From Octopus sinensis (taxonomy: Eukaryota), in NCBI RefSeq assembly GCF_006345805.1, contig NC_043024.1:2108001-2172000 (forward strand): DNA of 64,000 nt. Direction: 5' to 3'. The stretch's first letter is position 1. Every line of letters begins with the position of its first letter. The position numbers and the translations under genes were made by a program. A model generated the notes under the pieces. The model had not been told where the DNA came from. It searched no databases and was given only the letters and a program-made list of their open reading frames with translations. Positions 10,067 through 20,910 of the stretch are shown here, piece after piece.

Positions 10067-10099
10067 TCATCATCATCATTGTTCGACCGTGGTCGAGAC
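10067..10099 (-). mobile_element. 33-bp extreme 3' end of the LINE family inserted at 30886-31176
   Basis: Reverse complement GTCTCGACCACGGTCGAACAATGATGATG is identical to 31145-31173. Confidence 0.8.
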
Positions 10100-10345
10100 T
10101 TTCATAGTCTTTTCAAATGGCTAATAATGTGTGCGCGCGCCACTACTACACACATTGGAAAGCATTGTACAACCAAGTACTAAAGAAGATCTTTCCTCCT
10201 CCATGAAACAAAGCTGTTCCCGCTGGACGTCAACCCAGTATTTCTAAGCTACGGACCCAGTGATTTATTGTAAGGTTATCTCCATAGCAGATTGCCTTCA
10301 CTACGGCTAAAGAGCCCTTTCTACCCCATATTAAAAATACCTTAA

Positions 10346-10562
10346 CCCTTTCGTTATTGTATTTCTGTTGAGATGCTCTGTGTTTCTTTCAATTAATTTT
10401 AAATATAAACAAAGAATTCAGTAAAATAACTTAGTTATCATTCAGCTAGTGTTAGGGACATAAATTGTGACTAAGGTTTGGTGGAAGATTTTAATTCAAA
10501 ACTTATGAAAACAAGACATTTGTACTCAGAGCCAGAGGTGGTTTCAGCTGGGTTGGTATTAA
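10346..10562. mobile_element. piggyBac-type MITE, right TIR missing
   Basis: Starts TTAA|CCCTTTCGTTA; body matches 10574-10794. Confidence 0.7.
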
Positions 10563-10573
10563 TCATTTGTTAA

Positions 10574-10794
10574 CCCTTTTGTTACCATATTTCTGTTGAG
10601 ATGCTCTGTGTTTCTTTCAATTACTTTAAATGTAACAAAGAATTTAGTAAAATATCTTAGTTATCATTAAGCTAGCGTTAGGGACATAAATTGTGACTAA
10701 GGTTTGGTGGAAGATTTTATTTCAGAACTTATGAAAACAAGACATTTGTACTACAGAACCAGAGGCAGTTTCAGCCGGGTTGGTAATGAAAGGG
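10574..10794. mobile_element. piggyBac-type MITE
   Basis: TTAA|CCCTTTTGTTACC ... GGTAATGAAAGGG|TTAA: terminal inverted repeats with a TTAA TSD. Confidence 0.85.
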
Positions 10795-11086
10795 TTAAGT
10801 TATTTCAACAGGGTGGAGATAGTCATATAGATTGTTGAGAGGGTGTTTGCACAGTTAGTCTTTCCCATGTGTATACATATGTGGTTATATAAGATAAATT
10901 TTTTTCAAAGAACTAATTTTGATATTATGTGTTACTCGTTAATATGAATACACAGAATAGTTAATTGATATTTTTAGAGAGATTGGTTTCCCACAGATAT
11001 CTCGGTAACATGGTTGGTGTCTTGTATGAAAGCGTTTGTATGTAAGTACATAAGTTACATCTTTCAGAGAATGATCTGAAATGAAG

Positions 11087-11409
11087 AGATGGCCGTGAGG
11101 CATTTGCTTCGCAACCACATGGTTTGGGGGCAGAGTCCCATTAACAGTACCCTAGGCAATTGCCTTCTGTTCCTAGGCTGACCAATGCCTTGTGGGTAAA
11201 TTTGTATGAATGTGTTTGACCTCGCTAGCGCTGGGCCCATGTCAAAAGCACCCAGTACACTTTGTAAAGTGGTTGCTATTAGGAAGGGCCTCCAGCAATA
11301 GAAACCATGCCATAGCAGACAGTAGAGTTTGGTGCAATCCCCTGGCTTGCATGTCAAAAACCGTTCAACACATGCCAGCATGGAAAACAGATGTTGAATG
11401 AGGATGATG
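11087..11409 (+). mobile_element. Old SINE with tRNA-like head and RTE-derived tail
   Basis: SINE-b-like head followed by AAAGCACCC...GGTTGCTATTAGGAAGGGCCTCCAGC...CAGCATGGAAAACAGATGTTGAATGAGGATGATG. Confidence 0.7.
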
Positions 11410-11423
11410 GCCAGTCACATAAT

Positions 11424-12527
11424 TTATTCCTTGCAAGGGTAATGTTTGTGAGCAGTTAGAAGTCTTCTTTGCAAGAATGATTTACCACAGGTGTCACAGC
11501 GATATGGTTTCCTTCCAGTATGAATGCATTTGTGTTGACTTAATTCACCACTTTGGGCAAAAGACTTACCACAGATATCACAGTGATAAGGATTCTCTCC
11601 TGTATGAATTCGTTTGTGAGTAACCAGTGCACTTCCATCGCAGAACGTTTTACCACAGATATCACAGTGATACGGCTTTTCTCCTGTATGAATTCGTTTG
11701 TGTCTAGTCAAACCAAAACTTGCAGAGAAAGATTTACCACAAATGTCACAGTGATATGGTTTCTCTCCTGAGTGAATCCGTTTGTGAATAGTCAGGGTAC
11801 TTCCCCCTGAGAATGATTTCCCACAGATATCACAGTGATACGGTTTTTCTCCGGTATGAACACGTTTGTGCTTAATTACGATGCTACTTTCAGAGAATGA
11901 TTTTCCACAGATATCACAGCTGTACAATCTCTCACCTGTGTGGGTGAGTTTGTGTCGAGTCAAGTGAAACCTGCGTGAGAACAACATACCACAGATATCA
12001 CAGTGATATTTTTTCTCTCCTGTGTGAATAAACATGTGTGTAGATAAGTTACCTCTCTGAGAGAATGATTTACCACAGACATCACATTGATAAGGCTTCT
12101 CACCTGTATGGAATCGTTTGTGAGCAGTTAAGCTACCTGCATCTGAGAAAGACTTGTCACAGATATCACAGTGATATGGCTTCTCACCTGTATGAATGTG
12201 TTTGTGGCTAACTAAATGATCGTTTTGAGAGAATGATTTACCACAGATATCACACCGATATGGTTTATCTCCCGTATGAATACGTTTGTGTCGAGTTAAG
12301 CTACTGTCAACAGAGAATAATCTACCACAGATATCACAGCGATATGGCTTCTCTCCAGTATGAATATATTTGTGTGTAGTTAAAGTACTTGCTCTAGAGA
12401 ATGATTTCCCACAGATATCGCAGTGATGGGGTTTGTCTCCTGTATGGATACGTTTGTGGGTAGCAAGGTTACCTCCGTGAGAGAAAGTCTTTTTACATAC
12501 ATCACACTGGTGTAACGGCTTTGCCAT
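11424..12527 (-). CDS. C2H2 zinc-finger protein (367 aa; 12 intact fingers, 13th frameshifted)
   Basis: CxxC-x12-HxxxH repeats with TGEKPY linkers; every finger has a different recognition helix; no KRAB/SCAN/BTB domain seen. Confidence 0.9.
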   Translation of the reverse strand: MAKPLHQCDVCKKTFSHGGNLATHKRIHTGDKPHHCDICGKSFSRASTLTTHKYIHTGEKPYRCDICGRLFSVDSSLTRHKRIHTGDKPYRCDICGKSFSQNDHLVSHKHIHTGEKPYHCDICDKSFSDAGSLTAHKRFHTGEKPYQCDVCGKSFSQRGNLSTHMFIHTGEKKYHCDICGMLFSRRFHLTRHKLTHTGERLYSCDICGKSFSESSIVIKHKRVHTGEKPYHCDICGKSFSGGSTLTIHKRIHSGEKPYHCDICGKSFSASFGLTRHKRIHTGEKPYHCDICGKTFCDGSALVTHKRIHTGENPYHCDICGKSFAQSGELSQHKCIHTGRKPYRCDTCGKSFLQRRLLTAHKHYPCKE

Positions 12528-12604
12528 CTCTTGAGGTAAAATATAAATCAGTTCTTAAACTTTCCCAGCTAGATATTTTCATAAGATATTTAACATCACC
12601 TCTA

Positions 12605-12840
12605 GTAGGCGCCGAGCTGGCAGAAACGTTAGCATGCTGGGCGAAATGCTTGGCAGTATTTCGTTTGCCTTTACGTTCTGAGTTCAAATTCCACCAAGGT
12701 CGATTTTGCCTTTCATCCTTTTGGGGTCGATTAAATAAGTACCAGTTACGCACTGGGGTCGATGTAATCAACTTAATCCAGTCGTCTGTCCTTGTTTGTC
12801 CCCCTCTGTGTTTAGCCCATTGTGGGTAGTAAAGAAATAG
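12605..12840 (+). mobile_element. SINE-a in the predicted 5' UTR of the 11.4-12.5 kb ZNF
   Basis: Full head GGCGCCGAGCTGGCAGAAACG to AAAGAAATAG tail. Confidence 0.9.
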
Positions 12841-13190
12841 AAATAGGTATAACTATGAATTTTTATTTCACATTTAAAAGGTAAATTTTCTCCAACTTTT
12901 TTGTAGATCATTACTGGAATAACCATGAAATTCAATTTCTCCAATTTTCAAGGTAAATTTTCTCCAATTTTCATTTGAATATCAAATCATTTTGAATAAA
13001 TTCCTAATTGTGAAGTGGACAGATTTTGTTCTCAATCTCAATTCACAAGAAATATTTCCCTGTAATTCTGCAGATATTAATACAAAAATGAAGGTGTTTG
13101 TTTTGGGTATCTTCCATTAGTCTTTAACACACAAAATTGATGAGAGAACTGAAGTCAGATATTCTTAAACACTTGAATTGTTCTGATATT

Positions 13191-13216
13191 CTGAAATAAG
13201 AGAAAAACAGTAAAAG
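13191..13216 (-). promoter_or_regulatory. Predicted 3' splice acceptor of the ZNF terminal exon
   Basis: Minus strand TTTTTCTCTTATTTCAG|AATATCAGA, homologous to TTTCTTTTTTATTTCAG|AGTATCAGA upstream of ZNF A-D. Confidence 0.7.
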
Positions 13217-13282
13217 ATATTGAGGAAACTTAATGAGTAGAACTTCAACAATGGAAATTTCACTATATTTCTATATAGACAA

Positions 13283-13695
13283 ATGGATAGATAGGGTTGT
13301 GTGGTAAGTAGCTTGTTTACCAACCACATGGTTCCGGGTTCAGTGTCACTGCGTGGCACCTTGGGCAAGGGTCTTCTACTATAGCCTCGGGCCGACCAAA
13401 GCCTTGTGAGTGGATTTGGTAGGCGGAAACTGAAAGAAGCCCGTCGTATATATGTATATATATATATATATATATGTGTGTATGTTTGTGTGTCTGTGTT
13501 TGTCCCCCCAACATCGCTTGACAACCGATGCTGGTGTGTTTACGTTCCCGTAACTTAGCGGTTCGGCAAAAAGAGACCGATAAAATAAGTACTAGGCTTA
13601 CAAAGAATAAGTCCTGGGGTCGATTTGCTCGACTAAAGGCGGTGCTCCAGCATGGCCACAGTCACATGACTGAAACAAGTAAAAGAGTAAAGAGA
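13283..13695 (+). mobile_element. SINE-b copy
   Basis: Same head, core and tail as 5742-6152. Confidence 0.9.
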
Positions 13696-13830
13696 GATAG
13701 ATAGATAAACAGGTAGATAAATAGACAGAGATAGATAGATAGATAAATAGAGATAGATAGGTAGACATATATAGATAAATAGACAGACAAATAGATGGAT
13801 AAACGGATGGATGGATGGATAGATAGATAG
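13695..13830. repeat. (GATA/GACA/GATG)n tract (also 24290-24465, 25170-25285, 39175-39480, 60345-60570, 61280-61390)
   Basis: Tetranucleotide repeats that explain the YLSI-type ORFs. Confidence 0.95.
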
Positions 13831-14245
13831 GCACAGATATGCTATAGAAATAAACTTTGACGTACGCACCTTGAAGTTTTCCAGTGTTAAAACTTTCTTT
13901 GGAAGTTGCACGTCATCTTCAGCAGGTGCTTCGTGTGTGTAGGCAGAGTACGGCCGACTTGTCAAGAAGATCCCTTAACAACCACGAGGTCCTTCGTTCT
14001 GTCCTACTGCGTGACACTTTGGGCAAATAACACTTTCTGCAGTGTCCAGTTGACCTGAATGAAATCGGACAGAGGGGAAAGTGCTGAACCCAGGAATTCC
14101 AAAGAGGTCAGCTTCGGGTCGCAGAGGTTCTTGTATGATTCCAGCGGAATCCTCGAAGACTCGCGGGAATTGCGGAGCAGGGGATTCAGTTGGTCTTACA
14201 CCTGAATCCTCAACGGCGAACGACGGGGATCCACGATGTATGAAA
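13830..14245. other. Unidentified GC-richer ~400-bp element (copies ~25283-25705, 40200-40625, 51099-51195 partial, 61392-61759 partial)
   Basis: Conserved in each unit. I recognise no protein or RNA motif; possibly a LINE fragment. Confidence 0.45.
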
Positions 14246-14650
14246 ATGTCTGTATAGGTATAGATGGAAATGGTGAGGATATTAAGAAATGGTTAATAGC
14301 AAAATGTGGGAAATAAAAAAAATTGGAATGGGCAGTGAAAAGGAAAACGAAACAGTGAAAGAAATTATATAACTTTGTTTAAGTAATTTTTTTTAGTCCT
14401 TCCTTTTTTCTGAGTTGTGCGTTAGATGTGAAATTAGATATGAAATTATTCGTATCTAATTCCGGTCTCCTAATAATTATCAGTTATAAAGTGGAATTGA
14501 TCAAGGAATAAAGATTTGTATGAAACTATAGAAGGAAATAAACGGAATTTGCAAGACTGAACGGTTAATGGACGAGGAAGTAACTCTTCTTTCAACAAAA
14601 GTCTTGAATATTTTTATTTAGCTTCGGGTTTAAATGACAATTAATTAATT

Positions 14651-15222
14651 CAACAAATTGTTAGAAAGGATCACAAAAGTACAGCCCCCAAAATTACTGC
14701 AGGGCTTAATGACCGCCTCAAGAACCCAGTTTCCACAAAAACTTTTCGCTGGGATCTGCACAAAGCCAGATTTGAAGGGAGGGCTGCAATCAGAAAACCA
14801 CTACTTTCAAAAACAAACGTTGCAAAGCGTTTAGAGTGGAGTAAAAACCTACAGAAATGATCCCTAGAGCAGTGGAAGAATGTTATTTTCTAGGACGAGT
14901 CATCCTTTACCTTATTTCCGACCACCGGCCGAGTATACGTGTGAAGAGAGCCAAAAGAAGCATTTGACCAAGACTGCCTTCTTCCAACTGTTAAACATGG
15001 AGGAGGATCTGTAATGATCTGGGGAGCTATATCTTGGATATCTGCCAGCCCAATGGTTTCCCTTCATGGCAGAATTAATATTCAAGACTATTTAAGCATT
15101 TCATCTGATCAAATTCATCCTATGGTAGGGGAACTGTTTCTGGAGAGAAACGCAAGCTTTCAGGATGATAACGCACCAATTCACACAGCTAAAGTTGTCA
15201 CTGAATGGCACGAGGAACATTC
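14651..15222 (+). pseudogene. Tc1-like (DD34E-type) transposase relic
   Basis: Reads ...WKNVIF*DESSF...TVKHGGGSVMIWGAIS...FQDDNAPIHTAKVV with in-frame stops; truncated before the final E. Confidence 0.92.
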
Positions 15223-15310
15223 ATCAACCGTTTCAAAGTAAACATTAGTCCTTGCTCTTTTTAACACAATAATTTCTGGTATTTCATATACAGCAGATCG
15301 TTCCTTCTAT

Positions 15311-15345
15311 GTTTCCGACGAAGAGCTCTGCTCGAAACGTTAAAC
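15311..15345 (+). ncRNA. Minimal hammerhead-like motif (CCGACGA core variant); decayed copies at 41702-41736 and 52271-52305
   Basis: GTTT-CCGACGA-A-GAGC-TCT-GCTC-GAAAC-GTT-AAAC: stems I and II pair fully and stem III is the AACGTT palindrome. Confidence 0.55.
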
Positions 15346-15437
15346 CTTCCTTCTTTCCTGAGCGTCCAATAATACTATATTTGTTCCACGTCCTCGTGTT
15401 GTCGTGTTATTTTTGTGCTTTCTTGTTTGGATTAACT

Positions 15438-16178
15438 ATGGAACCCGTGGAAGAGGTAGACCCAGGAAAACCTGGGACGAGGTGGGGAAGCACGACCTTC
15501 GAACGTTAGGTCTCACCATGGAAATGACTAGAGACCGAGACCTATGGAAGTATGCTGTGCGTGAGAAGACCCGGCAAGACTAGTGAAGCCATAACCCATG
15601 GCCCCTCCCTGGGAACGTAGTCAGTCCACCTGTGCATACCTTCCTGCTTGTGATACTTGTGAAGACCTGTTGAGGCAAGTGAAAGTCAAATCGAATCAAA
15701 TCAAAATAGATGAACATCAATGGAATTTGTATCCTCGTGGTACCAGTGCCGGTGGCGCATAAGAAAACCATCCGAACGGGACCGTAGCCAGTACCGCATC
15801 GACTGGGCTCCGTACTGTGGGCACGTAACAAACACCATCCGATCGTAGCCGTTCGCCAGCCTCGTCTGGCACCTGTTTCGGTGGCACATAAGAAAAGACC
15901 GAAAACACCATCCGAGCGTGGCCGTCTGCCAGCCTCGTCTGGCACCTGTGTCGGTGGCACATAAAAAACACCATCCGAGCGTGGCCGTCTGGCACCTGTG
16001 TCGGTGGCACATAAAATCACCCACTACACTCTCGGAGTGGTTGGCGTTAGGAAGGGCATCCAGCTGTAGAAACACTGCCAGATCTGACTGGCCTGGTGCA
16101 GCCTTCGGGCTTGCCAGACCCCAGTTTAACCGTCCAACCCGTGCTAGCATGGAAAGCGGACGTTAAACGATGATGATG
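15438..16178 (+). mobile_element. RTE LINE 3' end (ORF2 C-terminus plus UTR)
   Basis: GTRGRGRPRKTWDEVGKHDLRTLGLTMEMTRDRDLWKYAVREKTRQD*, UTR repeats and a (GAT)n tail. Absent from the paralogous sites at 41.8 and 52.4 kb. Confidence 0.9.
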
Positions 16179-16194
16179 CATATATATATATATT

Positions 16195-16420
16195 ACCGAT
16201 CGTGGCCGCTGCCAGATTCCCCTTGCACCTGTGCTGGTGGCATGTAAACAACACCCACTACACTTGCGGAGTGGTTGGCGTTAGGAAGGGCATCCAGCTG
16301 TAGAAACACTGCCAGATCAGACTGGGCCTGGTGCAGCCTCCTTGCTTCCCAGACCCTGGTCGAGCCGTCCAGCCCGTGCTAGCACGGAAAACGGACGTTA
16401 AACAATGATCATGATGATGA
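16195..16420 (+). mobile_element. RTE 3' UTR copy (paralog 41840-42065; mostly deleted at 52.4 kb)
   Basis: RTE terminal core and GAT tail. Confidence 0.85.
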
Positions 16421-16496
16421 TATATATACAAATTAAAATCCAGGAAACAGAAAAGTAGCATTAATATAGTTTATTCACTGCAAAAATTCAACATGT

Positions 16497-16577
16497 ACAC
16501 TCACAGCTGTTTCGATTGTGCTCAAAAGAAATTCCAATAATTAAAACATTTAATTGGGCAAAATCTCATCAGAGGAA
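16497..16577 (-). ncRNA. Hammerhead-like motif with long stem II (copy with non-cleavable GUG triplet)
   Basis: Minus strand CTGATGA-GATTTTGCCCAA...TTGAGCACAATC-GAAAC-AGCT-GTG. Confidence 0.45.
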
Positions 16578-16705
16578 TGAAAAAGACATATCGTTAGGTT
16601 ATCACATGTTATTCTTCCAAAACATCTCAACAGACTAAAACTTTTTTTCATTACTAAAATTGGTATAAATCTTGGCCAGTGGGTAACAGGTTGTATAAGG
16701 TTAAT

Positions 16706-17000
16706 AATCTTTATATATATAAAACTGAGAATGCGTGTCTGACTGTCTGTGTGTTTTCCGAAAACTTGAGAACTACAGAACCAATTTCATTCAAATTTTA
16801 CACATGCCTTACTTAGGGTCCATGTAGTTTCATGGGCAAAAAAAAAATGTTCAACTTCTTGCCTAGAGCGAGCCCATAGCAATATCATATTTTCTCCGCT
16901 ATTTCAGTATTACATGTTAAAAGTGAAACAAAAATATTTCTCTCTTTTATGTCAGATGCTTTCATTTTAACAATAAAAATAATAATAACAATTCAATTAT
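16706..17000 (-). mobile_element. Helentron/DINE-1-like non-autonomous fragment (copies ~42350-42630 and 52755-53040)
   Basis: Ends ACAGACACGCATTCTCAGTTTTATATATATAAAGAT on the minus strand, similar to the 3' end of 35332-35971. Confidence 0.5.
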
Positions 17001-17329
17001 ATGTAGTAAGTAATAATTAAAATCAAACTAAAGTATAATATAATCGTAACATACAAAAGTAAAAATAGCAATTGGTATAAAATAGCATCAGTGATTTGAA
17101 CTTGAATAAGTGGTTTCACATGAATGGGAATAAATTAAAAATATAATTAGCGTGCAGAAATGGAATAGTCCAGATGGATAATACAAAATTAAATTAAAGA
17201 CAAGACTTTTGTCTATAAAGTATACAACGTAGAGAAAAAAGAAGAGCTAACAATTCCAGTCTGTTATATATTTTGAGTATTGTTATCACTAGCGATATCA
17301 AGATATAACTTTGTATTTTGCATTTCATG

Positions 17330-17470
17330 TACTCTTTTTTCTCTTTTACTTCTTTCAGTCATTTGACTGCGGCCATGCTGGAGCACCACCTTTAGTCGAG
17401 CAAATCGACCCCGGAACTTATTCTTTGTAAGCCCAGTACTTATTCTATCGGTCTCCTTTGCCGAACCGCT
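17330..17470 (-). mobile_element. SINE-b 3' fragment, present only in unit A
   Basis: Reverse complement of the SINE-b tail; absent at 42965 and 53350. Confidence 0.85.
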
Positions 17471-17767
17471 ACACTTATGTGTAGATGTATATAGATAGAT
17501 GTACATGTAATATGTACACATATATACATGCACTAGCACTATGACCCGGCAACGACGGGTCTTTAATGCTAGTTGGTAAATAAATGGTAGATAGTGAGTG
17601 ATATTTCTCACTATAATTATTTTATAATGTATCGATTTAATTATTTTGTAATTTATCTATATCAGTTCAATCAATTTCTTTAACAAAGTTATAAATGTGA
17701 TCACGTTGTTCTCTCATTCATATGATACTATTTTTACTATAACTCACTAATCTAACATTTATTTAAT

Positions 17768-18000
17768 GCGGTTTCGATTCTCAGACCGGGCGTTGTGTGT
17801 GTTTATTGAGCGAAAACACCTAAAGCTCCACGAGGCTCCGGCAGGGGGTGGTGATGATCTCTGCTGTACTCTTTCTGCCTGCTTCTTGAGTAATGCTGCG
17901 ATGGACTGGCGTCCTGTCCAGCTGGTGGTGTAACACATATCCCACAGAAACCGGGCCCATGAGCCTGGCTAGGTTTGTAAAGGGCGCATAAATAAATAAA
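17768..18000 (+). mobile_element. SINE-c, tail type 3 (copy 53647-53880)
   Basis: B-box GGTTTCGATTCTC and core TTGAGCGAAAACACCTAAAGCTCCACGAGG; tail ...GGGCCCATGAGCCTGGCTAGG...(ATAA)n. Confidence 0.8.
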
Positions 18001-18114
18001 AATAATAAATATACTGGCATGTAATAAAACTGTGTAAGAGAATAATTTACCACAACTCAATTGCAAGAAGCACTTCCATCAAGTTAAGCTATTTATTCGA
18101 GAGAATGATTTAAT

Positions 18115-18540
18115 AGAGGTGCAGGAGTGGCTGTGTGGTAAGTAGCTTGCTTACCAACCACATGGTTCCGGGTTCAGTCACACTGCGTGGCATCTTGGGC
18201 AAGTGTCTTCTGCTATAGCCCCGGGCCGGCCAAAGCCTTCTGAGTGGATTTGGTAAACGGAAACTGAACGAAGCCTGTCGTATATATGTATACATATATA
18301 TGTATATATGTGCATGTGTTTGTGTGTTTGTGTTTGTCCCCCTAGCATTGCTTGTCAATCGATGCTGGTGTGTTACGTCCCCGTTACTTAGTGGTTCAGC
18401 AAAAGAGACTGATAGAATAAGTACTGGGCTTACAAAGAACAAGTCCTGGGGTCGATTTGCTCAACTAAAGGCGGTGCTCCAGCATGGCCGCACTCAAATG
18501 ACTGAAACAAGTAAAAGAGAGAGAGAGAGAGAGAGTAATA
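18115..18540 (+). mobile_element. SINE-b just downstream of the ZNF A stop (paralogs 30417-30700 and 53995-54412)
   Basis: Full head to (GA)n tail, with an identical junction GAGAGTAATAGAATTATCAC in A, B and D. Confidence 0.9.
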
Positions 18541-18554
18541 GAATTATCACAGTG

Positions 18555-20588
18555 TTATGGTTTCTTTCCTGCGTGGATATGTTTGTGAGCAGTTAAGTTA
18601 CCTTTTTGAGAGAAAGATTTTTCACATACATCACAGTGATAAGGCTTCTCTCCTGTGTGAATGTGTTTGTGAGAAATTAAGGTATGTTTCTGAGAGAAGG
18701 ATTTACCACAGATATCACACACGTATGGCTTCTCTCCCGTATGAATACGTTTGTGTTTACTCAAGTGGTAACTTTGAGAAAAAGATTTACCGCAAATATT
18801 ACAGGGATAGGGTTTCTCACCTGTATGAATGTATTTGTGTTTAGTTAGGTTTTGATTCTGAGAGAATGATTTACCGCAGATATCACACTGATAAGGTTTC
18901 TCTCCTGTATGAATGTATTTGTGAGTAGTTAAGTGGTGTATCTGAGAGAATGATTTACCACAGATATCACAATGATATGGTTTCTCTCCTGTATGAATAC
19001 GTTTGTGAGTGGTTAGGTCACCATTTCTAGAGAATGATTTACCACAGATATGACACTGATATGGTTTCTCTCCTGTGTGAATGTATTTGTGAGTAGTTAA
19101 GTTGTGATTCTGAGAGAATGATTTACCACAGATATCACAGTGATAGGGTTTCTCTCCTGTGTGAATGTATTTGTGTTTAGCTAGGTTTTGACTCTGAGAG
19201 AATGATTTACCACAGATATCACAGTGATAGGGTTTCTCTCCTGTGTGAATGTATTTGTGTTTAGCTAGGTTTTGATTATGAGAGAATGATTCTCCACAGA
19301 TATCACAGTGATAAGGTTTCTCTCCTGTGTGAATGTATTTGTGAGTAGTTAAGTGGTGTATCTGAGAGAAATATTTACCACAGATATCACAATGATATGG
19401 TTTCTCTCCTGTATGAATACGTTTGTGTTTAATTAACTGACAACCTTTAGAGAATGATTTACCACAGATATCACACTGAAATGGTTTCTCTCCTGTATGA
19501 ATACGTTTGTGAGTAGTTAAGTGGTGATTCTGAGAGAATGATTTACCACAGATATCACACTGATAAGGTTTCTCTCCTGTGTGAATGTATTTGTGAGTAG
19601 TTAAGTGCTGATTATGAGAGAATGATTCTCCACAGATATCACACTGATAAGGTTTCTCTCCTGTGTGAATGTATTTGTGAGTAGTTAAGTGCTGATTATG
19701 AGAGAATGATTCTCCACAGATATCACAATGATATGGTTTCTCTCCTGTGTGTATGTATTTGTGAGTAGTTAAGTGGTGATTCTGAGAGAATGATTTACCA
19801 CAGATATCACACTGATAAGGTTTCTCTCCTGTGTGAATGTATTTGTGAGTAGTTAAGTGGTGATTATGAGAGAATGATTTACCACAGATATCACACTGAT
19901 ATGGTTTCTCTCCTGTGTGAATGTATTTGTGAGTAGTTAAGTGGTGATTTCGAGAGAATGATTTACCACAGATATCACACTGATATGGTTTCTCTCCTGT
20001 GTGAATGTATTTGTGAGTAGTTAAGTGGTGATTATGAGAGAATGATTTACCACAGATTTCACAATGATATGGTTTCTCTCCTGTATGAATACGTTTGTGT
20101 TGAATTAACTGACTACTTTTAGAGAATGATTTACCACAGATATCACACTGATATTGTTTCTCTCCTTTATGAATACGTTTGTGAGTGGTTAGGTCACTAT
20201 TTCCAGAGAATGATTTGCCACAGATATCGCAATGATGTGACTTAACCACAATGTGGATGCATTTGTGAATAGCTAAGCTATGATTCTGAGAGAATGATTT
20301 ACCACAGGTATTACAGCGATACGGCTCGACACCTGCGTGAATGTGTTTATGTTTGGTCAAACGAACCTTTTCAGAGAATGATTTACCACAGATGTCACAG
20401 CGATAGAGATCCTCTCCTGCATGGAAACATTTGTGAATCGTCTGTTCATCTTTGAGAAAGAAGGACTTGTTGCAGACATCACAGTGAAATGATGTTTTCT
20501 CTTCTTCTTCTGTTTCGTCTTCAGTAAAATCAATCCTTAACGACTGTGTATAACAATTAACCTCATTATCACGTAATTCAATTTCCAT
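18555..20588 (-). CDS. C2H2 zinc-finger protein, paralog A (677 aa, 23 fingers)
   Basis: Uninterrupted ORF: 35-aa leader with an acidic patch, then 23 x 28-aa fingers; no effector domain seen. Confidence 0.93.
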   Translation of the reverse strand: MEIELRDNEVNCYTQSLRIDFTEDETEEEEKTSFHCDVCNKSFFLKDEQTIHKCFHAGEDLYRCDICGKSFSEKVRLTKHKHIHAGVEPYRCNTCGKSFSQNHSLAIHKCIHIVVKSHHCDICGKSFSGNSDLTTHKRIHKGEKQYQCDICGKSFSKSSQLIQHKRIHTGEKPYHCEICGKSFSHNHHLTTHKYIHTGEKPYQCDICGKSFSRNHHLTTHKYIHTGEKPYQCDICGKSFSHNHHLTTHKYIHTGEKPYQCDICGKSFSQNHHLTTHKYIHTGEKPYHCDICGESFSHNQHLTTHKYIHTGEKPYQCDICGESFSHNQHLTTHKYIHTGEKPYQCDICGKSFSQNHHLTTHKRIHTGEKPFQCDICGKSFSKGCQLIKHKRIHTGEKPYHCDICGKYFSQIHHLTTHKYIHTGEKPYHCDICGESFSHNQNLAKHKYIHTGEKPYHCDICGKSFSQSQNLAKHKYIHTGEKPYHCDICGKSFSQNHNLTTHKYIHTGEKPYQCHICGKSFSRNGDLTTHKRIHTGEKPYHCDICGKSFSQIHHLTTHKYIHTGEKPYQCDICGKSFSQNQNLTKHKYIHTGEKPYPCNICGKSFSQSYHLSKHKRIHTGEKPYVCDICGKSFSQKHTLISHKHIHTGEKPYHCDVCEKSFSQKGNLTAHKHIHAGKKP

Positions 20589-20659
20589 TATTTTTCTCCT
20601 CTCACCACAAAGTCCAAATGTTTTTCTTTTTTTTTATATTCTATTCCCCAGTTATTTCT

Positions 20660-20910
20660 GTTGCTTTAAATGCTTAGCGGTATTTCGTCTGTCTTCAAAT
20701 TCCACCGAGGTCGACTTTGCTTTTCATCCTCTCGGGGTCAATAAATAAAGTACCAGTTTCACACTGGGGTAGATATAATCGACTTAATCCCTTTGTCTGT
20801 CCATATTTGTCCCCTCTATGTTTAGTCCCTTGTGGGTAGTAAAGAAATAGAAATACGTATTTCGTCTGTCTTTTTGTTCTGAGTTCAAATCAGTGGGCAA
20901 TAAAGAAATA
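20660..20910 (+). mobile_element. SINE-a in the predicted 5' UTR of A (paralogs ~33780-33970, 45340-45530, 56855-57105)
   Basis: SINE-a body and tail, with a partial tandem restart in A and D. Confidence 0.85.

Noticed and set aside
13598-13965. YLSI-rich and CVCV-rich ORFs here and at 24.2, 36.4, 39.1 and 60.2 kb
   Set aside because: Translations of (GATA)n and (TG)n microsatellites.
14651-15222. Active or domesticated Tc1 transposase
   Set aside because: The same in-frame stops are present in the paralogous copies, there are no TIRs, and it is truncated before the third catalytic residue.
15224-15298. 75-bp segment inverted relative to 21930-22005, as a designed intra-unit inverted repeat
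   Set aside because: Better explained as a short truncated copy of a (GAT)-tailed interspersed element; the two copies are 6.6 kb apart.
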